Below are positions 37,033 to 46,727 of a DNA stretch of 64,000 nt, piece after piece (within the stretch, counting starts at the first letter, position 1; each line of letters begins with the position of its first letter). A program made the translations under genes and the position numbers. The DNA is taken from contig MU004232.1 in assembly GCA_010405405.1 (NCBI GenBank), positions 825,481 to 889,480 on the forward strand, written 5' to 3'. The stretch comes from Microthyrium microscopicum. Taxonomy: Eukaryota. The notes beneath the pieces are model-generated. The model did no database searches and was not told the origin of the DNA. It was given only the letters and a program-made list of their open reading frames with translations.

Positions 37033-38435
37033 ATGCGGTTGCTCGGATATCCATAGTATGCATACGATATCATAGAATCCAAGCCTTGTCCACTCTTTTC
37101 AACATGTTTCCGGGCATTTAAAGACTATCTTTCCCTATTCACTCCAAACCAGTATATCGCAGGCTACCTACAACAGCCTATGCGCCACCCCCGAGCTTTG
37201 TGCGCCACAGTCAGGGCGGCCATCATCATTCGAATATTATACCAACATAAAGGGCACTCAGGACTGTAAAAGTAATATATTTGACAATTCTAGTCCACAG
37301 GCTTCGATTGAGATCAGCTTGCATTGAACATATCATTACCCTATGAAAGTGTGCCACTTTGCGATTCTGGCGTTCAGGCCACGTTCATCTTAAGGACACC
37401 AAACTTGCTCTTTGATATGACAGCATGTTTGACACGATTAAGATGCATCTAGCCTCACTTCGAAACTAATAGTGGGCAAAGTCTTTTCTCAAATCGCTGT
37501 GCTTCAAGCTCCAATTTTGGCTTGACACTGGGCAATGAACTGGCAAAATGACTGACCTGCCCTCATGAATTTACTAAGCTCCCATCCGCCACGCTATAGT
37601 ATCGAGCGATTTCTTTCTGAAAGAATGTGTTTGATTCTGGACAGTGTATCGAATGCGATCAGGACCATAGCGTCCTTTTCATAGAAGCATTGGTGGGAGC
37701 CGTGAAAGTTGAGAGGAGCAGCTCATTGATAGTCTTTTCAGCCTCATTCTTCGGACAATACCTGTTCGAATCAAAAGCGACACCTCTCCCATCGCACTCT
37801 ATGACTACCATAACGTGCGTTTTCAATCGAGTGCTATGGTAGCCATCGAATGCGAATAATTACCAGTCCCTTGGCGAGATAGGTTGAAGATAACAAAAGG
37901 TTGTGCAGGAAGAGTTTCTTGAACGTTCTCCAATGCCATGGTGCCGATGATTAGACTCGATTACACCAGGACTAAACAATCTTAAGTCACTGAAAGCAAT
38001 CATTCAATTGTCTTCTATCTACTCGAGGTTGCGGTTAGCTCGTCTGCTATGACATGCTCAGCATTCAACACCATTGGCAAAGCCTATCTTTCCCCTGAGA
38101 GTTAGGTGAGAAATAGGTCACTCGGCATCCGGCACCTCATTTACGCATAAAGTATCGCCTCCATCCTTCTGCCTGCACCTTCTTCTCCGTAGCCTTGAAG
38201 CAGAGTCAAGACTCTGATTGATTAGTTGCGGAGAAGCGTGACAATGTTATATTGCGAAGAGAAGATTTTGCTCATACTTAAACTTCAATTATGAGTGATT
38301 GACGAAAAACACATCCCTTTGGGCTAAAGAAGGACGTAAACCGCCGATTTTGAAAGGCAACCACAATTTGCTTCTCAAACCCTACGCCTCCCAGACACTC
38401 TTTACTTCTACTAATTGGATGCGGTCTCCGCTTAG

Positions 38436-38591
38436 TTAACACTGGGGACACTGGTACATGTCCCATCTCGTAAACACGCACTGTTCCTGTGGGCATATCA
38501 TGTTGTTCGCCTTTGCCCTGTCACATTTGGTTGTCTCTGTTTTCCTTCCGCCATGGACGCAATGGTAGGTTTTGACATCGATGTCACACAT
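38436..38591 (-). CDS. Small Cys/His-rich putative zinc-binding microprotein, array copy A (51 aa)
   Basis: MCDIDVKTYHCVHGG...C...C..QC...CPQC; paralogous to 40884-41069. 5'-UTR intron 38630-38763; TATA at 38915-38921. Confidence 0.8.
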   Translation of the reverse strand: MCDIDVKTYHCVHGGRKTETTKCDRAKANNMICPQEQCVFTRWDMYQCPQC

Positions 38592-39426
38592 TTCTTTGAG
38601 TGTATGAATAGGGTATGCTGTTCGTTGTCCTGAAGTCTTGTTTAGCGGTTCACGATCAAGAAGTCTCATTGCGTCTTGCCCTTCTGTAGCTTCAAAAAGA
38701 CTACAACAATTTATATTTGCAATGAAGGCAAGCTGTAGCTAAAAAGCATGCGAATTGTCTTACCCTTGGGTTGTTAGATCGTAAAGTTGAGTCTTATCAA
38801 CCGAACAAATAGCAGTATACTTATGGTTTGGTATGATTTTTTAACGGCACTTTGTTCGCTGGATGTCAGTCAGATTGTTTTTGCATTTCTTCTCATGTTC
38901 TACAAAGACCTGATATTTATACGAAAATGCACACTCATCAAGCGCTGCTCACTAACAGGTACCTAAATGACGTTAATAATGGCGGTAAAAGGTGAGTTTC
39001 TCCTTCATGGATGGCATTAACATCAATATGCGAACGGTTAGATACCCACAACAGCCTCCAGCTTGAGACTGGCCCACAACATAAGTACTTCGTAGCCAGT
39101 GCGGATGGAACAGAATGAGAATGGACCTCTTTAATTATGATACCCAGTGTTTCGGGCAATGCTATATGCACGTAATGACCAACCTGAAAACATTTGACCG
39201 TATAATCATCCTCCAAGCAACGGAACCTTCTCTCGCACAACCGTTCCCCTGTGTACATGATTGCCGACTGTTGTAAAATGACCGTATATGCACCCCCAAG
39301 CCATGAACAACTAGCAAATTGGGCCCCTAACACCCAAATAGATCATCAAATTCCATAATAATGATATGACTCGCAGCAAATTGATCTTGAAATGCAAAGG
39401 CCTGACAATCGTCTGATATGTTGTCC

Positions 39427-39648
39427 TCAATGGCCATTAACACCATTAGTCTTCTTCTCTCCATTTGATCCGTTCGTTGCCGGCTGGTATCTACGTTTGC
39501 AACGATCGCTGCAGTACTCGTCGGTTCGGTCGTAAGTAGGACCACGCACGTCGCTGCATGGCTCTTGCAAACTCATGTCGTGCAAGACGACGTGTACCTC
39601 CTCCCCTTCATGGCCACAGGCATACATAAACTTCCAAGACGTACACAT
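39427..39648 (-). CDS. Small Cys/His-rich putative zinc-binding microprotein, array copy B (73 aa)
   Basis: MCTSWKFMYACGH...H...C...CSDRC. 5'-UTR intron 39682-39804; shared leader box 39914-39935; TATA 39969-39975. Confidence 0.75.
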   Translation of the reverse strand: MCTSWKFMYACGHEGEEVHVVLHDMSLQEPCSDVRGPTYDRTDEYCSDRCKRRYQPATNGSNGEKKTNGVNGH

Positions 39649-40883
39649 CCCGAGAAATGCCGAAGACTGTTCTGGCTTGTCCTGAATACTGATCAGTCTC
39701 GATTCCACAAAAGGCAAGTGGAAACTTGGTCAGCAAGCAGAAGGCATGAAAGCATGCTGAAATGTTGCACTGCGAAAGAAGCTGTAAGGTTTAGAAAGAC
39801 ATACCGTGAGTTTTGTTTGAGGTTGGAGTAAATAGTTTTCGATTAAGTTGATAGGAAAGAAAATCTTTGAGTCTTGAATTGATGTTGTTTGTGCTTTGAT
39901 GGTATCTGTTCTTTGAGGCTCTGCCTTATTGTTCTGGTATTTCTTTTAGTATCGCAGATACGACTTTCATTTATACGAAAGACACCAAACCTACAAACGC
40001 TGCTGAATCTGTTTACCTATTGATGCTGGTAAAAGCTCAACCCATCTTTTGTTTACTTCATTCACATTGGCATCTCGCATTGACATGCATGCAAACAGCC
40101 TTGACAGCTAACGAGCTAAATGAACAACGAGCTTCCAAACACTGCGTTGGCTCTAGTCTAGTTCGTTCAGTCACCGTACGCTCTGTGACCTCCCCGATTA
40201 CTTAGATACCTAGCTAAATAACTATTATCTATAATGAGAAGTGAGGCTTATGCTTATCGATAGGACTGATGACACCATCATGAGTGCGTGTCATTAGCAA
40301 CGTCAGTTATCTCGTGAAGTGGTTGGAGAAAAAGGAGGTCTATATCGCTATAGATCGATAAACATGTAGAAATTGAAATAGACGAAGTAGCTTTGTAGAC
40401 CAATGGCAATATCATGTTTGTCTAGTTCCCAGTGTATTGGGCTATGTGTGTCTGACGTCAATCAAGGCGGCAGAAGGTAAGCTCACCTTGAAACGTTGGC
40501 ATTGATGTTAATATGCAAAAGGCGAACACGCATATATCAAGTTTTGACTTGGAAGTGTCATCAGGTCCAGTAGTTAGTAGGCTCATTCGATGGAAAAGAA
40601 TGAGAATGAACTTGCTCAATTTGGTGTGCAGTATATTGGGATATGTGTCCCTATATGCCAATGATACATGGATTGAGCTAAAATGATAGCATTGCCAAAG
40701 TCAAATTACCAACAGTTCCCAGGTGTGATCCCATTACCAACCAGAAGTATAATGACCGTAAAAACATCCTTCAAGCCAAAGTAGGACTTGGACCACCAGG
40801 GTCCATTTCAATCAAGCAGTACAAAATGATATACGGTGAAGCCTCCTTGCTGTCCGAACACAAACGGGTAAAACCTCTCTTCC

Positions 40884-41069
40884 CTACTCCTTTGATGCAT
40901 TCCCTTCCTTGTAACACTTGGGACACGATTTCATGTTGAATCTAGTAATGACACAGTGCTTTTGATCACACAGGATGCCGCCATTGTTCCATGCCTTCTC
41001 ACACTTCACGGTGTGACGGCCTACTCCGCCGTGCTTGCAGAGGTAGGTCCATACGTCGATGTCACACAT
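40884..41069 (-). CDS. Small Cys/His-rich putative zinc-binding microprotein, array copy C (61 aa)
   Basis: MCDIDVWTYLCKHGG...CEKA...C..HC...CPKC. 5'-UTR intron 41104-41237; leader box 41346-41368; TATA 41402-41408. Confidence 0.8.
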   Translation of the reverse strand: MCDIDVWTYLCKHGGVGRHTVKCEKAWNNGGILCDQKHCVITRFNMKSCPKCYKEGNASKE

Positions 41070-42099
41070 TGTGTAGTTTGTGAGGATGGACGTTTTTCTT
41101 GTCCTGCAAAATTGATTAGCTATTGATAGTCGAGGTTATCGCACAACATCCTCTCCTGAACCGTAAAAGCATCTCCATATCTGAAAAATAGGAAAGGGAC
41201 GTAATGAAATGGGTCTGCAAGATTTCAAGAGCCTTACGTTGAGGTTTGATCGAAGTGAAAGCAGGGTCTTTTGTAAGGATTAATGAGAGGCGATGTTTGA
41301 GCTTGATAGTGGCCGGTGATTGTGTTTTGATAGAAGTTTTTTCTCTGAGGCTCTGCCTTGGTTGTTCTGATGTCTCTTCCAATGTCGCAGATAAGCCATT
41401 TATTTATACGAAAGATATCAGATCCACAAACGCTGTTAGATCTGTTTGGCTGTGAGTGAAAGTGGAATGTCAAACCATCTTGCGTTTAATATATTCACAT
41501 GGACATGGAAGCGAACCGCGGATGGGACAAGTAATTCGGCGTGCTTCCAAACACCGCGTTGGCTCTAAACCAGATCACTCATTGAGTGGTCACTTGTTTA
41601 CTCTCCAACTAAGTAAATGACTACATACTTTACGTAGGTAGGTAAAATATTACATGCAATATGCAGTAGATCACTGTTACCAGAAGGATAGAAACAGTCA
41701 TTGTGGGCCATAGGGAGCTTTATTTATCATGTTAATCGGTAGGCAAAAGGGCCTTTGCTCACAGTAAGACTTCAAATAACTCAAAGAGAAGGTATTTGTA
41801 TCAAATAAAGATAATATCATGCTATTTTACTTCCCAGTGTATCGGGATATGTGTTTTCGCTTCCAGTCATGTATAATATGACCAGATGACCATCCTCCCT
41901 ACCTAAGCAACAGTACAATTGAATTCACTACAGCTCGCACGAGTACATGAATCCCGATCATAATATAAAGACCACAAAAGATTTCATCAAGCCACAAGCA
42001 ATTGGACCACCAGGGTCTAAAATAATCAGAAGCCAAGCATCATTGATCGCGAACCCACACCTGTTGTCGAGTGATTCTCCATGCCCTTCTTCACTAAGT

Positions 42100-42294
42100 T
42101 CACTTTTTGGCGAAACGCTCTCGTGTCTTGCCTCTTTTGTTGACGCATTCCCAGCAGTTGAAGCCATCTACATAGATCGGTCTATGTTTAGTTCGATGAT
42201 CGCACAGTTTTCGCACCCTCTCCGCCTTCTCGCATGCTTTCGGAGCCTTTTCTCGGCACCCGCATTCGTAATCGCAATAGTACATGTCGCACAT
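42100..42294 (-). CDS. Small Cys-rich putative zinc-binding microprotein, array copy D (64 aa)
   Basis: MCDMYYCDYECGC...CEKA...C...CWEC. 5'-UTR intron 42323-42462; leader box 42579-42601; TATA 42635-42641. Confidence 0.78.
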   Translation of the reverse strand: MCDMYYCDYECGCREKAPKACEKAERVRKLCDHRTKHRPIYVDGFNCWECVNKRGKTRERFAKK

Positions 42295-43474
42295 CTTGAA
42301 GGCTCGTGGAGAGTAAGATTTTCTGTTTTGTATTGTGACTTGATCAGAAATTGCCAGATATGAAATAGCAATCGCGTTGTTTGTTCTGCTGATCAGAGAT
42401 ATAAAATCAAAGGCATTGTAGTGAAGGCTCGCAAAGATTTGGCAACAGGTTTAGGGACTTACCAGGGGATGTGTGAAGCCTAAATTAGCCTGACTGATTT
42501 GATCGAGTTCAAAGGGTGGGGATTTTGAAGAGTTGAAGTTTTGTATCGTCTTGTGGGGATTGAAAGCAATGTGTTCTGTGAGGCTCTGCCTTGGTTGTTC
42601 TAAAAACATCTACCAAATGAAAGATTAACCATTGATTTATATATGTTGCCAGCAAACGCTGGCTTGACATGTTGCATCATGGTGTTGGAGATGTTTTCGT
42701 TTGATGTTAAGTTTGTTACTGTCGATATTCAAGCGTAAGAAAAAATCAAACCGCTCCATAGCCTCAAGGTGACCCTATCTCACCAGCAGTGAAGCACTAA
42801 AAACCATTAACAAACTGCTTCAAGAACAAATTGATAGTCTTACTAGCTCATGGGCATCTCCAGGCACTTACGGCTCCATGTCCACTAGCAAGCACAAGCC
42901 AAAGTGAAGTTAAATGAGCGGTAGGATATGAAGAAGAAGTCCAATAGCGAGAGCTTTTCCTGCAATTCCATGGCTCAATACCTCCAAACAATACAAAGCG
43001 GCTGACTGAAGCCAACGCGAAATATCAATTGCCAATCAAGCGTTGTGGAGGAGTAACCTTTCTACACTGTGGTATTGACTACAGATCACAGACCATACTG
43101 AAGCTTCGCCAACGAAATATTTGACTATAACCTGAACTTTGCTACCCGTTGCATATTCCAGTGCCCGGTCTAAATCAAACAAAACCAGAATGAGCTCCCA
43201 GGTGTCAGATTAGGATTGAAGTTACACAGCGCACTATTGATCACCGCAACAGCTATCGCCGCAATCAATCAATCGCATCGGTTTACAACATTGCTGAACA
43301 AAGCTGCCCAAGTTGCAGCCAAGTGAATGGCCAGAGACATGCATGCACGAGCTGTCACAATGTGTGGCCACTTTACAGATCCTGCTGCGTGCATTCTCAA
43401 AAATGATATAGCTGACGAAGCTTTAAACCTTCTAAAAATGGATCATTGAGAATTAGCATTACTATTGACAAAGC

Positions 43475-43927
43475 TTAAGCAGGCGTGATAGCCGCAGCAA
43501 CCAAATACATCGTCGATCCTGCAAGACCGCCGGTTCCCCGGTAGAATCGTACGTTCGATACGGCTGTAAACGTGCCAGTTCTGAGCCAGTCTGCACTATT
43601 CTGAGCAACCACCAACTTCTGGACGTCATAGACAAAATAGACAAGGTTTAGACCTCTGGCATAGGCGGTAAATTGATACTGCTGTCCAGGTACCAGACTG
43701 GTAAATGTCTGCGATACGAGAGCGCTATAGCCAGCATCATCAATCCCGTTATCCGCGGTTAATTGGAAATAGTAGTTGCCGGAAATACGATCGCTAATGC
43801 AAACAACAACGTTGGCAGTGACGACACCAGATGGGTTCTTGTCAATATCAACGTTCCATGGGTCTAAAGAGCCAATTTCAAAGTCACCGTTGGCGATTAA
43901 AGGGACTGCCGACGATGATGCAGCAGC
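43475..43927 (-). pseudogene. CBM4/9-like (galactose-binding-like) carbohydrate-binding module remnant, cut off from the upstream gene by stop codons
   Basis: Minus-strand frame reads AAASSSAVPLIANGDFEIGSLDPWNV...SGNYYFQL...VSQTFTSLVPGQQYQFTAYARG, immediately preceded by in-frame TGA at 43928-43930; no own start codon upstream of the domain. Confidence 0.55.
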
Positions 43928-44127
43928 TCATGAGGATGCTGCGCTGCTTAATGACACATCGAATGAGGTAGGGAAACTTGTGGTATCGGAGAAGCTTAGG
44001 GAAGTGACTAAACTGATAAATCCGATGAAGTAGCTATCGCGAGGCTGCCGATTTGGGGCAGATGCAGAACTAGGCAAAAAGTAAGATCAGGCCACAAGTT
44101 TCATTCTACGTATTTTATAGGGGTCCT

Positions 44128-45846
44128 TCAGACAGTAGCACTACTGCTGGGCGCTGAAGTTGTTGAGCTTGAAAGACCTGACGACATTGTGGAAGGACTG
44201 GACGATGTAGCCGAGCTTGATGAATCTGAAACAGTAGAACTGCTGCTCAGAGCCACACTTGTGGAACTCGAAGTAGCTGAAGAAGTGATTGTGCTCGAAA
44301 CCGAACTGGACTCGCCGCCTGAGCATGTAAGATTATAGACCTGCAGATCGGAGACAGTATCAGTGCAAAAAATATCACCAGTCTCAAATGCTTTTGCAGC
44401 TGCCTCACATAATGCGCTTTCGCTGATCCAGTATACAAAACATGGAGCAGTCGTGCAATAAGCTTGACAAGCAGATAATGAGGGCGCTGGGCCAGCAAAA
44501 AACACCACGTCAGCAGCAGCATATGATATCGTACATTCACCTGCTCCGTGATAGACATCGATAAAAGAGCAGGTTGGAGATGTGGAGATCGACGATGTTG
44601 TTGAACTGGTCGTCGAAGGCGATAAGCTGCTTGGGTCCGTTGAGGAGCTCGTGGATGAAGAGACATATGAAGGTGATGAGCTGCTAGGTATTGTAGATGA
44701 GCTTGTGGATGTAGAAACAAACGAAGATGATGAGCTGCTAGGCATCGTAGAGGAGCTTGTAGACGAAAAAACAATTGAAGATGATGTAGCTCCAGAGCAG
44801 GCCAGATCGTAGAATTTGTATGGAGAGCTCGCGTCCTCCTTAAAATTGCCTGCCACCGGCGTCTTGTATAGGTAGCAGATTGAGCTTGACAGTGCAATAG
44901 ATTGGCATCCAGAAGTCGCTTTGCACAATCCCACACACCCCGAAAGTGTATGATAGGCAGCAGAGGTGGAATCCGTGAAAGATTCAGGTGAGTTCTTGTC
45001 GTACCCTGATATTTGTTAATATATCGCCATGTCCAGAGCTAACAGATTTTGAAGTGACCATTTGATCTGTTACAGGAACCATAACAATCGATTGTATTAG
45101 GGAGGCAAATCATGGGAGCAGCCAAATATAATGGCAGCTACCACGATTTTACTAAGCTTTGACTGCAAATGCTGCCTTTTGGAACATTGTATTCTTACCT
45201 ACGAGACCGCAACTCAAGGCGGATGGAACGGAACTGGAAGCTGTCGATGAGCGAGAAAGGCTGCTGGATGCCGACGTGATTGTTGATAGAGTCGAAGAGA
45301 GAACAAGGCTGCTGGATGATGTGACGTGTGCTGAAGATGTCGATGATTGCACAAGACTACTACTAGATAGCAGAGCGTGCGTTGATACTGTGGAAGATCG
45401 AAGGCTCGAAGAGGCAGAGCGAGACGGGCTTGCTGAGACGGAACGAGTAGAGACGCTTGAGTGGGCTAAGCTAGACGAGGATGCTGAAGACGTAGCACAG
45501 CTTCTATCATAGAAAGCGTAAGGACTTTCAGAGTTTGGATTGAAATTACCAGTTCTGGAAACGCGGTGAGATTGAGTCAACCAAAAGAACACGTAAAAGC
45601 TTACACTGGTACAGTATAATGTAGGCATGTGTTGTCCCCAACAGCAAAGCTGGCGCAAGAACTGTCTGCCAAACAATGCGCTCCACATGCTTTAATGGTC
45701 GCGAGAGATCCTGTTTGACCGAAATATGCGTTTGTTGAGAGGTCATATCCGTAGCCCCCGCAGATAGGTTGGGCGCGTTTGAGAAGAAAGTCAGTCGAAA
45801 GGGCAGAACAGACCGGCAAGGCTACTAAAAGCCCGAATGAATACAT
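44128..45846 (-). CDS. Secreted Ser/Thr-rich protein with PAN/Apple-like Cys domains (introns 45555-45604, 45006-45198)
   Basis: Signal peptide MYSFGLLVALPVCSA plus KR; repeated CG..GYD...C...C....C.S.A.....C..Y...V.GNF....SPY.FYD..C modules separated by Ser-rich linkers. Confidence 0.75.
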
Positions 45847-46727
45847 TAGAAGAAGATTATGACTGTAAGAAGGTATAGAGACTGCAAGTTGACAAGGGAA
45901 AGAAGGCTGTATACCCAAAACCGGGAGTGACATCTCGCCTGCTTTAATACATAGGACTTTTGCCCAATTCTTGACCATTGTGAGGATTCGGTGACCGTAG
46001 AATGGGCCAACGTGCAATGCCAGTGGCTTCAGCCTTATTGTTATTGTTCAGCTGGGATACGGCCCGCCGAATCAAGATGCTTCGCCTATGGTTATGGAGG
46101 CCTTAACAGCCCTATACGCGATAGGGGAGGCTCGGCTGGTTAGCGAAGTGCTTAAGCTGGAAAAGAATTTCTCCTCCTGCGTTGGCCTTATTGTTAATAC
46201 CTCGATTCTAATACGGTGTCTAGGTATGGTGAAAGGAGTCAAGAACAAATGTCTCCTGTAACTTCGTGCCATGTGCACCTGATTGGAGTTAATAGAATGT
46301 TGCGCCTGTGTGATAATAAGCAAGTCTCTACTTCTAAGTCCTGAGGCTGTGGACGGAAATAGCTTACCCGTACTATCGTATATCGCTTCTCGGAAGCAGA
46401 GTTGAAAAGAAAGACCAGTCTGAGGAATTGATAGTCCAATATTGATTATTTCGTGTTGCGGAGCTGAAGCAACGAAAAGGGAGTGACTAAGAGCGAGACC
46501 AACGTCAACCATGCGATTGCTGTAAACTTCACAGTTCGAAATCTTCAGACCCATCATACCTGATAGTTCTGTCTTGAGTGATATAGATCGAAATTGTGTT
46601 TACAACAAGCTAGGACCGCAAGCTCCAGATTCAGTGCTTGAGCAGTCGGTAGTAAAGCAGCTCTTTCGGAACGATCATGAGCAATAAGACTGAACTAATG
46701 GTATTGGCAAGAGTGAAACAGCTTCTA

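Noticed and set aside
37560..37940. Possible decayed F-box-like gene on the minus strand (QPFVIFNL..., LSRIKHILSEEIARYY)
   Set aside because: Multiple stops and only impressionistic similarity; would need tBLASTn support.
38622..39717. Longer ORF-track starts for array copies A (38669) and B (39717)
   Set aside because: The extensions lie inside the predicted 5'-UTR introns; the conserved Met-Cys start is preferred.
43360..43450. Plus-strand MCGH... ORF as a possible fifth microprotein
   Set aside because: Opposite strand, lacks the Y9/C11 spacing, the distal CxxC and the shared promoter motifs.
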